Shown here piece by piece: positions 10,134 through 20,195 of a DNA stretch of 32,558 nucleotides; the first letter of the stretch is position 1; each line of letters opens with the position of its first letter. The stretch is from an uncultured Lachnospiraceae bacterium (lineage in GTDB: Bacteria; Bacillota; Clostridia; Lachnospirales; Lachnospiraceae), in contig CACYBJ010000021.1 in assembly GCA_902772565.1 (NCBI GenBank), forward strand, positions 1 through 32,558, read 5' to 3'. The notes beneath the pieces are model-generated. The model ran no database searches. It worked only from the letters and a program-made list of their open reading frames with translations, and was not told where the DNA came from. Position numbers and translations under genes: made by a program.

Positions 10134-10319
10134 TTACCAGCTTGCTTTTCTTACGCCAGGGATTTCGCCCTTGTAAGCTAATTCACGGAAGCAGACTCTG
10201 CAGATCCCGTACTTCTTTAAAACAGAATGTGGACGACCGCAAATTCTGCAACGTGAGTACTCACGAACCTTAAACTTCTGCGGACGCTGCTGTTTAACTT
10301 TCATTGATGTCTTAGCCAT
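10134..10319 (-). CDS. rpsZ: 30S ribosomal protein S14 type Z (zinc-binding)
   Basis: 61 aa with CRICGRPHS...CRVCFRE (CxxC-x12-CxxC). Confidence 0.96.
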   Translation of the reverse strand: MAKTSMKVKQQRPQKFKVREYSRCRICGRPHSVLKKYGICRVCFRELAYKGEIPGVRKASW

Positions 10320-10331
10320 CTAACTGTCCTC

Positions 10332-10871
10332 CTACTTAGCAAACGGCATACCGAAGAATCTGAGAAGCTCACGAGCTTCCTCGTCAGTCTTGGCCGTTGT
10401 AACGATGATTACGTCCATTCCGCGAACCTTGTCTACCTTATCGTATTCAATTTCCGGGAAGATGAGCTGTTCCTTAAGGCCGAGAGCGTAGTTACCTCTT
10501 CCGTCGAAAGAGTCAGCGCTTACGCCTCTGAAGTCACGTACTCGAGGAAGAGAAAGATTTACGAGTCTGTCAAGGAAATCGTACATTCTGTCTCCACGAA
10601 GTGTAACTTTACAGCCGATAGCAAGACCTTCTCTGATCTTGAAGTTAGCGATTGACTTTTTAGCCTTTGTAATAACCGGCTTCTGTCCTGAAATAATCTC
10701 GAGATCCTTTACTGCATTCTCAAGAACCTTGGCATTGTCCTTTGCTTCGCCGACGCCCATGTTGATGACGATCTTGTCAAGCTTAGGAATCTGCATTACA
10801 TTCTTGTAACCGAACTTTTCCTGCATAGCAGGAGCGATCTCGTTCTGATATTGCTCTTTTAATCTATTCAA
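10332..10871 (-). CDS. rplE: 50S ribosomal protein L5
   Basis: 179 aa. It contains MNRLKEQY and has the expected spc-operon position. Confidence 0.97.
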   Translation of the reverse strand: MNRLKEQYQNEIAPAMQEKFGYKNVMQIPKLDKIVINMGVGEAKDNAKVLENAVKDLEIISGQKPVITKAKKSIANFKIREGLAIGCKVTLRGDRMYDFLDRLVNLSLPRVRDFRGVSADSFDGRGNYALGLKEQLIFPEIEYDKVDKVRGMDVIIVTTAKTDEEARELLRFFGMPFAK

Positions 10872-10894
10872 TTTAAGAGACCTCCTGTTTCGTC

Positions 10895-11200
10895 TTAGTC
10901 AATAACATCACCGGTAGACTTGGCAATACGTACTTTCTTGCCGCCTTCTACCTTGAAGCCAACTCTTGTAGGCTGTCCCTTGTGAACATACATTACGTTA
11001 GAAGCGTCAATTGCTGCTTCCTGGTGTGTGATGCCACCCTTAGGATTTGCCTGTGAAGGCTTTGTGTGCTTAGTCACCATGTTAGCGCCTTCGACAACGA
11101 CCTTGCCGTCTTTTACGGAAAGGACCTTGCCTTCTTTGCCTTTATCTTTTCCAACGATTACTCTTACAGTATCGTTTTTCTTGATTTTAGAAGTTGCCAT
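10895..11200 (-). CDS. rplX: 50S ribosomal protein L24
   Basis: 101 aa with KOW motif [21 protein letters not shown]. Confidence 0.96.
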   Translation of the reverse strand: MATSKIKKNDTVRVIVGKDKGKEGKVLSVKDGKVVVEGANMVTKHTKPSQANPKGGITHQEAAIDASNVMYVHKGQPTRVGFKVEGGKKVRIAKSTGDVID

Positions 11201-11211
11201 TGGTTTCCTCC

Positions 11212-11580
11212 TTATAATACTTCCGGAGCAAGTGATACGATCTTCATGAACTTGTGATCACGAAGTTCTCTTGCTACAGGTCCAAAGATACGAGTTCCTA
11301 CCGGTGTGAGATCATCTTTGATGATTACGGCAGCATTCTCGTCGAAGCGGATATAAGAACCATCTTTACGGCGAACACTCTTTACTGTACGAACTACAAC
11401 GGCCTTAACTACATCACCCTTCTTTACGGAACCGCCCGGATTGGCGTCCTTAACTGAAGCAACGATGATGTCGCCTACTCCTGCATATTTTCTAACAGAT
11501 CCGCCGAGTACTCTGATACAGAGAAGTTCTTTAGCGCCGGTATTATCAGCAACCTTAAGTCTGGTTTCTGTCTGAATCAT
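11212..11580 (-). CDS. rplN: 50S ribosomal protein L14
   Basis: 122 aa beginning [27 protein letters not shown]. Confidence 0.98.
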   Translation of the reverse strand: MIQTETRLKVADNTGAKELLCIRVLGGSVRKYAGVGDIIVASVKDANPGGSVKKGDVVKAVVVRTVKSVRRKDGSYIRFDENAAVIIKDDLTPVGTRIFGPVARELRDHKFMKIVSLAPEVL

Positions 11581-11609
11581 TTTAATACTCCTTTCAGTAA
11601 AGAACTTAA

Positions 11610-11864
11610 TTACTTAGCTCTTTCGATAACTTCAACAAGTCTCCATCTCTTATCCTTGGAGAGCGGTCTTGTTTCCATAACTTTAACTCTGTCACCTATC
11701 TTGCACTCGTTATTCTCGTCATGAGCCTTAAGCTTGTAAGTTCTCTTAACGATCTTTCCGTAGAGCGGATGCTTAACGTTGTCAACGATAGCAACAACGA
11801 TAGTCTTGTCCATCTTATCACTGACTACCTGTCCGATACGAGTCTTTCTAAGATTTCTTTCCAC
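11610..11864 (-). CDS. rpsQ: 30S ribosomal protein S17
   Basis: 84 aa containing [16 protein letters not shown] and [13 protein letters not shown]. Confidence 0.96.
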   Translation of the reverse strand: MERNLRKTRIGQVVSDKMDKTIVVAIVDNVKHPLYGKIVKRTYKLKAHDENNECKIGDRVKVMETRPLSKDKRWRLVEVIERAK

Positions 11865-11889
11865 TGTTTTTCTCCTTTCAAGAGATCGA

Positions 11890-12099
11890 TTACTCTGTCA
11901 CATTTGCCTTGGCAGCAATGACAGTCTGGATTCTTGCGATATTCTTTCTTACTTCTTTGATTCTGCTTGTGTTATCTAACTGGTTAGTAGCATTCTGGAA
12001 TCTTAAGTTGAAGAGCTCCTTTTTAGCTGATACAAGTTCTTCATTTAACTCTGTAACAGATAAAGCTCTTAAATCATCATTAAACTTTTTAGACTTCAT
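11890..12099 (-). CDS. rpmC: 50S ribosomal protein L29
   Basis: 69 aa containing [30 protein letters not shown]. It overlaps the end of rplP by 11 nt. Confidence 0.93.
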   Translation of the reverse strand: MKSKKFNDDLRALSVTELNEELVSAKKELFNLRFQNATNQLDNTSRIKEVRKNIARIQTVIAAKANVTE

Positions 12100-12526
12100 C
12101 AGTGTTACCTCCTACTGCTGCTTCCCTCTTCATGAACTTGCACTTGCAAGGAAGTTTATGCATAGCAAGTCTGAGAGCTTCTTTAGCAACATCTTCTGCA
12201 ACGCCGTCAACCTCAAAGAGCACACGGCCCGGTTTAACAACGGCTACCCAGTATTCAACTGTTCCCTTACCTGAACCCATTCGAGTTTCAGCAGGCTTAG
12301 CTGTTACCGGCTTATCAGGGAAGATCTTAATCCATACCTTACCGCCACGCTTAAGGTAACGGTTGATAGCGATACGGGCTGCTTCGATCTGATTTGATTT
12401 AATCCAACATGGCTCTGTAGCGACAAGACCAAATGCTCCGTGAGTAATGGTGTTGCCTCTTAAAGCCTTACCTCTCATAGTACCGCGAAACTGTTTACGA
12501 TGTTTCACTCTCTTTGGCATTAACAT
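12089..12526 (-). CDS. rplP: 50S ribosomal protein L16
   Basis: 145 aa beginning [15 protein letters not shown]. Confidence 0.97.
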   Translation of the reverse strand: MLMPKRVKHRKQFRGTMRGKALRGNTITHGAFGLVATEPCWIKSNQIEAARIAINRYLKRGGKVWIKIFPDKPVTAKPAETRMGSGKGTVEYWVAVVKPGRVLFEVDGVAEDVAKEALRLAMHKLPCKCKFMKREAAVGGNTDEV

Positions 12527-13185
12527 TATTTATCGCTCCCTTCTTTCTTTCCCTTTTTTGTTGGGAGTACCTGACCATTGTTGATCCATACCTTAACACC
12601 AACTTTTCCGTAAGTTGTGTTAGCTTCTGCAAAACCATAGTCAATGTCAGCACGAAGTGTCTGAAGCGGAATGTTACCCTCGCTGTAGAACTCTCTACGA
12701 GCCATATCAGCACCGCCAAGACGACCGGAAACAGATGTCTTGATACCAAGAGCGCCTGCCTTCATTGTTCTGGACATAACTGACTTCATTGCACGTCTGA
12801 AGGAAACACGGTTCTCAAGCTGGCGAGCGATATCTGCTGCAACAAGCTGTGCATCTGTATCGGGCTTCTTGATTTCCTTAATATCAATGCTTACCTTCTT
12901 TGTAACGAGCTTCTGTACTTCTGCTCTTAACTTCTCGATTTCTGAACCCTGCTTACCGATGATCACACCCGGTCTTGCAGTAGAAACGATTACTTTAACT
13001 TTATCGGATACACGCTCGATCTGAATATCAGATACGCTGGCATTTGCAAGTCTCTTCTGGAGAAATGCTCTGATGTTGTGATCTTCGATAAGGCAATCAG
13101 CAAAATCTGCTTCGGCATACCATCTGGAGCCCCAGCCTTTAATAACACCGACTCTTAATCCATGCGGATTTACTTTCTGTCCCAT
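12526..13185 (-). CDS. rpsC: 30S ribosomal protein S3
   Basis: 219 aa beginning [13 protein letters not shown], with a KH domain. Confidence 0.97.
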   Translation of the reverse strand: MGQKVNPHGLRVGVIKGWGSRWYAEADFADCLIEDHNIRAFLQKRLANASVSDIQIERVSDKVKVIVSTARPGVIIGKQGSEIEKLRAEVQKLVTKKVSIDIKEIKKPDTDAQLVAADIARQLENRVSFRRAMKSVMSRTMKAGALGIKTSVSGRLGGADMARREFYSEGNIPLQTLRADIDYGFAEANTTYGKVGVKVWINNGQVLPTKKGKKEGSDK

Positions 13186-13194
13186 GCTTTCCTC

Positions 13195-13584
13195 CTACTT
13201 TTCGTCAAGAACAACTGTGATGTTGCTCATTCTCTTTAAGATTCTGTATGCTCTACCCTGAGCTCTTGGATGGATTCTCTTCATTGTAGGTGCTTCGTTA
13301 GCGTAGCACTCTGCAATGTAAAGCTTTGTGATATCCATACCATTGTTGTTCTCAGCGTTTGCAATTGCCGATTTTAATAATTTCTCTATTACTCTTGAAG
13401 CATATCTTGGGTTATATGCAAGTATACCAAGAGCTGTTTCCACATCCTTGCCTCTGATAGCATCAAGAACGAAACAAGCCTTCTGAACTGAAACTCTTGC
13501 GTAAGAAAGCTTAGCGCTAGGTCTCTTCTCTCTCTGGTTTTCGTTTCTTTCTCTCTTTATCTGGGATCTATGTCCTCTTGCCAT
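13195..13584 (-). CDS. rplV: 50S ribosomal protein L22 (basic N-terminal extension of about 18 aa)
   Basis: I chose the ATG at 13584 (MARGHRSQ...), which has GGAGG 7 nt upstream; the ORF-track start at 13602 has no ribosome-binding site. The core sequence is YARVSVQKACFVLDAIRGKDV...HPRAQGRAYRILKRMSNITVVL. Confidence 0.93.
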   Translation of the reverse strand: MARGHRSQIKRERNENQREKRPSAKLSYARVSVQKACFVLDAIRGKDVETALGILAYNPRYASRVIEKLLKSAIANAENNNGMDITKLYIAECYANEAPTMKRIHPRAQGRAYRILKRMSNITVVLDEK

Positions 13585-13670
13585 GGATGTTCCTCCTTTC
13601 AAATGTTAAGCGGCTCTCCGCTTGTAATGCTTCCTGCTGTTTATGCATTTAATGCAATCATTACAGCAAA

Positions 13671-13946
13671 TTAACGTGACTTCTTTTCATCCTTGCCATG
13701 ACCCTTGAAAGTTCTTGTAGCAACGAACTCTCCGAGCTTATGGCCAATCATATCTTCTGTGATATATACGGGCACATGCTTTCTTCCGTCATAAACGGCA
13801 ATGGTGTGACCTACGAAAGAAGGGAAGATTGTGGAACGGCGTGACCATGTCTTGATAACAGACTTTTCGTTTGCGCTGTTCATAGCTTCAACCTTCTTAG
13901 CAAGAGACTCATCGATGAATGGTCCCTTCTTTACTGAACGTGCCAT
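13671..13946 (-). CDS. rpsS: 30S ribosomal protein S19
   Basis: 91 aa containing [12 protein letters not shown] and [17 protein letters not shown]. Confidence 0.97.
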   Translation of the reverse strand: MARSVKKGPFIDESLAKKVEAMNSANEKSVIKTWSRRSTIFPSFVGHTIAVYDGRKHVPVYITEDMIGHKLGEFVATRTFKGHGKDEKKSR

Positions 13947-13956
13947 AGTTTACCTC

Positions 13957-14802
13957 CTAGTTGGTTAATGCCTTTCCGTTTCTTCTTCTGATGATAAGCT
14001 TGTTAGATGACTTATTCTTCTTACGTGTCTTAAGACCAAGTGCAGGCTTGCCCCAAGGTGTGCTTGGACCTGGGCGACCGATTGGTGCTCTACCTTCACC
14101 ACCACCGTGTGGATGGTCATTCGGGTTCATTACGGAACCTCTGACTGTAGGACGAATACCCATGTTACGCTTACGGCCGGCTTTACCAACCTTTACAAGT
14201 TCGTGGTCTCCGTTTCCGATAACACCGATTGTTGCACGGCAGATGATCGGAACCATTCTCATTTCGCCTGAAGGAAGACGAAGTGTTGCATACTTACCTT
14301 CCTTAGCCATGAGCTGAGCGGAAAGACCTGCTGAACGAACGAGCTGTCCACCCTTACCGGGATAGAGCTCAATGTTATGAACGAGTGTACCGATAGGCAT
14401 GTTCTCAAGTGGGAGGCAGTTGCCGTTCTTGATTTCAGCCTTAGGGCCGTTCTCAACCTTGTCACCTACCGAAAGGCCTTCAGGAGCGAGGATGTATGTC
14501 TTCTCACCATCGGCATATGCGATAAGTGCAATGTTTGCTGTTCTGTTAGGATCGTACTCGATTGTCTTTACTGTTCCCGGAACTCCGTCCTTACGTCTCT
14601 TGAAATCGATGATTCTGTATTTTCTTCTGGAACCGCCGCCCTGATGTCTGACGGTTATCTTACCCTGACTGTTACGTCCGGCATTCTTCTTGAGACTGAC
14701 AACAAGTGACTTCTCAGGCTTTGAAGTTGTTACTTCAGCGTAGTCAAGAGCTGTCATGTTTCTTCTTGAAGAGGTATATGGGTTAAATGTTTTAATTCCC
14801 AT
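13957..14802 (-). CDS. rplB: 50S ribosomal protein L2
   Basis: 281 aa containing [18 protein letters not shown]. Confidence 0.98.
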   Translation of the reverse strand: MGIKTFNPYTSSRRNMTALDYAEVTTSKPEKSLVVSLKKNAGRNSQGKITVRHQGGGSRRKYRIIDFKRRKDGVPGTVKTIEYDPNRTANIALIAYADGEKTYILAPEGLSVGDKVENGPKAEIKNGNCLPLENMPIGTLVHNIELYPGKGGQLVRSAGLSAQLMAKEGKYATLRLPSGEMRMVPIICRATIGVIGNGDHELVKVGKAGRKRNMGIRPTVRGSVMNPNDHPHGGGEGRAPIGRPGPSTPWGKPALGLKTRKKNKSSNKLIIRRRNGKALTN

Positions 14803-14841
14803 TTCTTTAACTCCTTTCGAATGAATACTTCAGGTTAACTT

Positions 14842-15141
14842 TTACAGACCTGCGAAGATTTCGATGTCTGCACTGTCAGCAGTAAGCTTAACTACAGCCT
14901 TCTTACGATCTGCTGTGTAGCCGCTTGTTCTGCCTCTTCTCTTTTCCTTACCGTTAACTGTAGAAGTATTAACACTGTCAACCTTTGTTCCTGCGAACAT
15001 CTTCTCAACGGCTTCCTTCACCTGAGACTTGGTTGCATCTGTATGTACATAGAAGGTGTACTTCTTATCTGACATATCATTCATGCTCTTTTCAGTGATG
15101 ACCGGAGAAAGAATTACGTCATAGTATTTTAAGTCTGCCAT
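14842..15141 (-). CDS. rplW: 50S ribosomal protein L23
   Basis: 99 aa containing VILSPVITEKS. It sits between rplD and rplB. Confidence 0.95.
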   Translation of the reverse strand: MADLKYYDVILSPVITEKSMNDMSDKKYTFYVHTDATKSQVKEAVEKMFAGTKVDSVNTSTVNGKEKRRGRTSGYTADRKKAVVKLTADSADIEIFAGL

Positions 15142-15761
15142 TATGCGTATACCTCCTGGATCTTTTCAGCCGCATCCTTAGTGATTACGAGGTTCTCGTA
15201 CTTGAGGATGTCATAAACGCTAATTGCATTTGAAGGAACAGTTCTTACTCCTTCAAGGTTTCTTGCAGAAAGAACAAGATTATTGTTTACATCTGCAGTA
15301 ACAACAAGAGCCTTGTTGAGCTTAAGTGCATCAAGGAGAGCCTTAACCGGCTTTGTCTTGATTTCTGCGAAGTCAAGGTCTTCCATAACGAAGATCTTCT
15401 CTTCTGCAACTCTTGAAGAAAGTGCAGACTTGATAGCTGCTGCCTTTTCTTTCTTGTTCATGCTCTTGGAATAATCTCTCGGCTTTGGTGCGAATACTAC
15501 GCCACCGCCTGTCCACTGAGGAGAACGTGTTGAACCCTGTCTTGCATGACCGGTTCCCTTCTGTCTCCAAGGCTTTCTGCCACCGCCGCTTACTTCTGAA
15601 CGAGTGAGTGCGCTCTGTGTTCCCTGACGCTTGTTAGCAAGCTGTGAAACTACGGCGAGATGCATAAGATGCTCATTTACATCTACTGCGAAGACTGCAT
15701 CGTTAAGGTCAAATGAACCTGTCTTAGCGCCTTCTTTATTATAAACACTTACGTTTGCCAT
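15141..15761 (-). CDS. rplD: 50S ribosomal protein L4
   Basis: 206 aa containing GGGRKPWRQKGTGHARQGS. Confidence 0.97.
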   Translation of the reverse strand: MANVSVYNKEGAKTGSFDLNDAVFAVDVNEHLMHLAVVSQLANKRQGTQSALTRSEVSGGGRKPWRQKGTGHARQGSTRSPQWTGGGVVFAPKPRDYSKSMNKKEKAAAIKSALSSRVAEEKIFVMEDLDFAEIKTKPVKALLDALKLNKALVVTADVNNNLVLSARNLEGVRTVPSNAISVYDILKYENLVITKDAAEKIQEVYA

Positions 15762-15782
15762 TTTGTTTCTCCTTTCCTAATC

Positions 15783-16418
15783 TTAGTTGTTTGCCTTAAC
15801 GGCTTCCTTAACTACGATTAAGGATTTCTTTGCTCCAGGAACAGCACCCTTAACAAGAAGCATGTTGTTCTCAAGGTCAACTCTGACAACTTCAAGGTTC
15901 TGGATTGTCACATTAAGTGAACCCATGTGTCCAGGCATGTGCTTGCCCTTGAACACGCGACCCGGGGTAGTAGCCGGACCGTTTGAACCAGCATGTCTGT
16001 GATACTTTGAACCGTGGCCCATAGGTCCTCTTGAGAGACCGTGTCTCTTAATGGCACCCTGATAACCATGACCCTTTGTAACACCGGAAACATCGATCTT
16101 GTCTCCTGCTGCAAAGATGTCAGCCTTGATTTCCTGACCAACTGTGTATTCTGAAGAGTTCTCAAACTTAAATTCCTTGAGATATCTCTTTACGGCAACT
16201 CCTGCCTTTGCGAAGATTCCAGCCTTTGGCTTGTTAACAAGCTTTTCTCTGATGTCACCGAAACCAACCTGAACTGCTTCATAACCGTCTGTCTCATTGT
16301 TCTTTACCTGAGTAACAACACATGGACCGGCCTGAAGTACTGTGACCGGAACGAACTGGCCTTCTTCATTGAAGATCTGAGTCATTCCAACCTTTGTAGC
16401 TAAAATAGCTTTCTTCAT
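15783..16418 (-). CDS. rplC: 50S ribosomal protein L3
   Basis: 211 aa containing KVGMTQIF and [15 protein letters not shown]. Confidence 0.97.
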   Translation of the reverse strand: MKKAILATKVGMTQIFNEEGQFVPVTVLQAGPCVVTQVKNNETDGYEAVQVGFGDIREKLVNKPKAGIFAKAGVAVKRYLKEFKFENSSEYTVGQEIKADIFAAGDKIDVSGVTKGHGYQGAIKRHGLSRGPMGHGSKYHRHAGSNGPATTPGRVFKGKHMPGHMGSLNVTIQNLEVVRVDLENNMLLVKGAVPGAKKSLIVVKEAVKANN

Positions 16419-16532
16419 GTTTTTTCCTCCTGTTAAATCTACAGCGGACCTTCACGCGGAAGGTCATACTAAATTCGGAAAGAAGTCTGTTGTATTCTAA
16501 AACTCTCTCCTAAGCTTTTGCCTTAAAGATGA

Positions 16533-16850
16533 TTATTTTGTGATCATCTTGATGCTGATGAATACACCTGCAGGCATCTCGAGTCTCTGAAGAGCATCTG
16601 TTGTCTTCTGGCCCGGGTCGATGATATCGATCAGTCTCTTGTGAGTTCTCTGCTCGAACTGCTCACGTGAATCCTTATACTTGTGAGTAGCGCGGAGGAT
16701 TGTGACAACTTCCTTCTTAGTAGGCATCGGAACAGGACCGCTAACCTTAGCGCCGTTCTTCTTTACGTTCTCCACAATCTTTGCTGCAGATGCATCAATC
16801 AACTGATGATCATACGCCTTTAATGTAATTCTCATTACGTTGCTTGCCAT
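16533..16850 (-). CDS. rpsJ: 30S ribosomal protein S10
   Basis: I chose the ATG at 16848..16850 ([15 protein letters not shown]..., 105 aa), which has GGAGG 8 nt upstream. The extra 69 N-terminal aa in ORF 16533..17057 are non-S10 read-through of the leader. Confidence 0.95.
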   Translation of the reverse strand: MASNVMRITLKAYDHQLIDASAAKIVENVKKNGAKVSGPVPMPTKKEVVTILRATHKYKDSREQFEQRTHKRLIDIIDPGQKTTDALQRLEMPAGVFISIKMITK

Positions 16851-16926
16851 AATAGCCGCCTCCTTTTCGTACTTTTCGGTACACAAGTGGTGACTGTACA
16901 CTCCTCCGTGTGTTTCCTGCCCTGCC

Positions 16927-16961
16927 ATAAAAAATACCAAGCAAATAAAACTTTGCTTGGT
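16927..16961 (-). terminator. Intrinsic-terminator-like hairpin inside the S10-operon leader (candidate attenuator)
   Basis: On the minus strand, ACCAAGCAAA-GTTTTA-TTTGCTTGGT is followed by ATTTTTTAT. The element ends 77 nt upstream of the rpsJ ATG and lies downstream of the promoter at 17136..17164. Confidence 0.6.
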
Positions 16962-17135
16962 CTCCATACCGCAGTGCCTTCGTTGCGCACGGTTTATCTG
17001 CCTTAAGGCAGAAAACATTGGTACAGTGACTTGTCGCCAGTTTTCATAACTTGACATTCGCTCTGCGTAAAAACCTACCTCGTCATGCGGGTAGCAACCT
17101 CACGCTTCAACGCTATCAACGTCACAACATTTGCA

Positions 17136-17164
17136 ATTATACTAGCACCGTTAATATTTTGCAA
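17136..17164 (-). promoter_or_regulatory. SigA-type promoter of the S10 operon
   Basis: On the minus strand, TTGCAA-17 nt-TATAAT, with an AT-rich upstream region. Confidence 0.7.
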
Positions 17165-17280
17165 CGATTTTTTGTATTTTTTAGCCTCTGATTATTTTAC
17201 AAACTTTCACAAACTTAAGGCATTTTTTTGTGCATTTTGCACAACGTCCTATATTTAGGGGTAATTCTCTTCTATAATAT

Positions 17281-17312
17281 ACAAAACAGGCAGATGCGAA
17301 CTGCATCTGCCC
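17281..17312 (-). terminator. Intrinsic terminator after the methyltransferase gene
   Basis: On the minus strand, GGCAGATGC-AGTTC-GCATCTGCC is followed by TGTTTTGT. Confidence 0.8.
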
Positions 17313-17319
17313 GGTATAT

Positions 17320-18204
17320 CTATTTCTTCTCCCATCGTCCGCTTGCGCCGCAGGGAAGCACCAGACCGTTTGAGGAAACGGGGAGGCCTACTTCATCTGC
17401 CGTAACGCTGCCGCCGTACTTCGAAACCACTTCCGTATTGATAAGGTAACTAAGCACTGCCGGCTGTAGTCCTGTAGTATAGGAATTGATAAGGAAGAAA
17501 AGGGCATCGTCAGATAAAAGCTGCGCTGTGAGCTTTACGAAATCATGAATGGAATCTTCTATCTTCCAGACCTCGCCTTTGGGACCTCTTCCGTAAGACG
17601 GCGGATCCATTATGATGCCGTCGTACTTATTGCCTCTTCTGATTTCCCGCTCTACCAGTTTTTTGCAGTCGTCTACCAGATATCTGATGGGAGCGTCTCC
17701 AAGGCCGGAGCTTTGAGCGTTGTCCTTGGCCCAGGCCACCATACCCTTGCTTGCATCTACATGAGTAACACTTGCGCCTGCCGCTGCAGCTGCAACCGTA
17801 GCTCCGCCGGTATAGGCAAAAAGGTTAAGAACTTTTATTTCCCTGTCAGGACTCTCTGTCTTTGCTTTCTTTATTATAGAAGAAAACCATTCCCAATTGG
17901 CTGCCTGCTCCGGAAACAGTCCGGTATGCTTAAAAGCAAAGGGCTGAAGCCAGAACTTAAGTCCCAGTGAGTCATAGGATATCTTCCACTTTTCCGGCAA
18001 AGCATTAAAGTCCCATTCTCCGCCGCCCTTGCTGCTTCTGTGGTAATGTCCGTCGGGACTCGTCCACCTTTTATCCATCCTGGGAGTATTCCAGATAACC
18101 TGCGGATCGGGACGTACAAGTATATACTTTCCCCAGCGTTCAAGTTTTTCTTTTGAAGAAGTATCAATCACTTCGTAATCTTTCCAGCCGTCAGCTAGCC
18201 ACAT
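17320..18204 (-). CDS. Class I SAM-dependent methyltransferase, RlmI-like catalytic domain (PF10672/COG1092-type), substrate unknown
   Basis: VLNLFAYTGGATVAAAAAGA (SAM motif I) and IIMDPPSYG (motif IV) align by eye with the E. coli RlmI C-terminal domain. I chose the ATG at 18204 (MWLADGW); the ATG at 18255 is an alternative start. Confidence 0.75.
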   Translation of the reverse strand: MWLADGWKDYEVIDTSSKEKLERWGKYILVRPDPQVIWNTPRMDKRWTSPDGHYHRSSKGGGEWDFNALPEKWKISYDSLGLKFWLQPFAFKHTGLFPEQAANWEWFSSIIKKAKTESPDREIKVLNLFAYTGGATVAAAAAGASVTHVDASKGMVAWAKDNAQSSGLGDAPIRYLVDDCKKLVEREIRRGNKYDGIIMDPPSYGRGPKGEVWKIEDSIHDFVKLTAQLLSDDALFFLINSYTTGLQPAVLSYLINTEVVSKYGGSVTADEVGLPVSSNGLVLPCGASGRWEKK

Positions 18205-18292
18205 CAGGATACCCCTGCCTTTCTTTTTACTGTTTAATCCAATGCATAATAACACATATATTCATACGGAATCAACAGGCACATTGCCTTTC

Positions 18293-18331
18293 CCATAAAA
18301 ATAAAGCCGGGCGCCACCCGGGCGTCCGGCT
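18293..18331 (-). terminator. Intrinsic terminator after pspA
   Basis: On the minus strand, AGCCGGACGCC-CGGGT-GGCGCCCGGCT (one mismatch) is followed by TTATTTTTAT. Confidence 0.8.
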
Positions 18332-18357
18332 CTGGAATCATTATCTTTTTACAAAGA

Positions 18358-19098
18358 TTACTCTTCGTCAGCTGCTTCTGTAGCAGGAGCTGCTTCTGCT
18401 TCTCCACCTTCGGTAGCTGTTTCAAGCTGTCCGAGACTTGCCTTTAAAGCTGCAAGTTCTGCATCCACATCGGCATCTACAGCATACTTGTTTGTAAGAT
18501 CCTTGATTGTATTTGTCTGCTCTGAAGCATTAAGCTCAGCCATAGCATTGGCTTCATCAAGTTTCTTGTTGGCAAGTGCTTCATACTTCTCGAAGCTTGC
18601 GATAGAGTTGTTGGCTGTTGCAACTGAGCTTGTAAGTTTGTTAACATGCTCCTGAGCCTTGGCAACAGCAAGTTTGCTCTTGATAGTTTCTTTACGAAGT
18701 TCGATTTCCTTGATATCGTTGGTGAGCTTGTCATGCATCTCACGCATCTTCTTGGAATTCTCTACAGCTACGTTGTAGGTTGTCTGATAGGAAGCAAGCT
18801 TTGTTGTAAGAGCAGCCTTCTCTGCAAGGAACTGCTTTGCATCCGCATCGTTACCTGCTTCAACGGCCTTAATAGCATAGCTCTGCATTTTGTTGATCTG
18901 TTCGTTGCACTGATCAAGGTCACGCTTTGCAGCTGTTTCCTGTGCCATTACAGCAGCGGTTTCTTTCTTAACCTCAACAAGGTCGCTTGTAAGGTTTCTT
19001 AAGCACTGATCAATCATCTTCTCAGGATCTTCAGCCTTGTCAAGAAGAGCATTGATGTTTGCTGACATGATATCTTTGAATCTGGACAAAATTCCCAT
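18358..19098 (-). CDS. pspA: PspA/IM30 family protein (phage-shock protein A / LiaH-like)
   Basis: 246 aa. MGILSRFKDIMSANINALLDKAEDPEKMIDQCLR is the family's N-terminal signature. The rest is coiled coil with an acidic tail. Confidence 0.88.
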   Translation of the reverse strand: MGILSRFKDIMSANINALLDKAEDPEKMIDQCLRNLTSDLVEVKKETAAVMAQETAAKRDLDQCNEQINKMQSYAIKAVEAGNDADAKQFLAEKAALTTKLASYQTTYNVAVENSKKMREMHDKLTNDIKEIELRKETIKSKLAVAKAQEHVNKLTSSVATANNSIASFEKYEALANKKLDEANAMAELNASEQTNTIKDLTNKYAVDADVDAELAALKASLGQLETATEGGEAEAAPATEAADEE

Positions 19099-19285
19099 AA
19101 TGTAAACCCTCCTTAGGATTTTTAAAATTTTCTGAAATAATTATACATAAAATATATATAAAATAAAAGGGTGTTTTTTTAAGAAAAGAAAGATAATATA
19201 CCATATATTCGCGATATACTATATACTAACTATTACCGTAAATCGAAATAGAAAATACACGAGCGAAAACAGGATACATTCGAAC

Positions 19286-20185
19286 ATGAACCACTACTAC
19301 AGCGCAAATGATTATTACAAACAGACTTTTGGCAGCAAAGTTTACCGGCTGGCACTCTCTTCCGGGCTCACCTGCCCCAACCGCGACGGAAAGGCCGGTT
19401 TCGGCGGATGCACCTTCTGCTCCGAATCCGGAAGCGGAGATTTTTCCTTTTCTGTGAATGAACTGGATAAGGCAAAGGCCCTGGTGAAATCAAAAGGTGC
19501 AGAAAAATTCATATCATACTTTCAGTCCTACACAGGAACCTACGGAGATATAAGCCTGCTGAAAAACATGTATGAAAAGGCACTGTCCCCGGATGATGTC
19601 TGCGCCCTGAGCGTTGCGACCCGCCCGGACTGCATTCCCGACAGCGTAATATCACTTTTGACCGATCTGCGTAAAGCCTATAACAAACCGATTTACATTG
19701 AACTCGGGCTGCAGACCACGGACGACGAAGTTGCGGCATCTTTTAACAGAGGGTATAAAACAGAAGTGTATTTTGATACCCTTGAAAGGCTGAAATCCGC
19801 CGGCATTCCTGTAATAGTCCATATGATCATGGGACTTCCGACTGAAACTCCCGAAAAAATAATAAAAAACGTGGCATGCGCGGCATCTGCCGGAATACAC
19901 GGTATCAAGCTTTCGCTTCTTCACATAATAAAAGGGACTCCCATGGAAGCGGTTTATGAGTCACATCCCGAGTGTTTTCATCTGACAGAGAAAGAAATAT
20001 ATATAAAAACACTGGCGGATTGTCTTGAAGTGATTCCCAAAAATATTGTAATATATAGAATCACAGGGGATGCACCGAAATCACTTCTTGTCGCTCCCAC
20101 ATTTACGGCTGACAAAAAGTCGGTTTTAAACAGCATTAATAAATACCTTGACGATAACAATATCGTACAGGGAAGCAAAGCATAA
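19286..20185 (+). CDS. TIGR01212-family radical SAM protein (YhcC-like)
   Basis: CPNRDGKAGFGGCTFCS, YFQSYTGTY, ATRPDCIP and IELGLQT align by eye along the full length of E. coli YhcC. Confidence 0.88.
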   Translation: MNHYYSANDYYKQTFGSKVYRLALSSGLTCPNRDGKAGFGGCTFCSESGSGDFSFSVNELDKAKALVKSKGAEKFISYFQSYTGTYGDISLLKNMYEKALSPDDVCALSVATRPDCIPDSVISLLTDLRKAYNKPIYIELGLQTTDDEVAASFNRGYKTEVYFDTLERLKSAGIPVIVHMIMGLPTETPEKIIKNVACAASAGIHGIKLSLLHIIKGTPMEAVYESHPECFHLTEKEIYIKTLADCLEVIPKNIVIYRITGDAPKSLLVAPTFTADKKSVLNSINKYLDDNNIVQGSKA

Positions 20186-20195
20186 AGGATATAGT

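Noticed and set aside
16851-17057. 69-aa N-terminal extension of rpsJ in ORF 16533..17057
   Set aside because: It has no similarity to S10 and no ribosome-binding site at 17057. A strong GGAGG precedes the internal ATG at 16850, and the extension runs through a terminator hairpin. I treat it as 5' UTR.
17228-17449. Plus-strand ORF of 73 aa spanning the methyltransferase 3' end and terminator
   Set aside because: It overlaps a terminator hairpin and the end of a minus-strand CDS, and has no ribosome-binding site.
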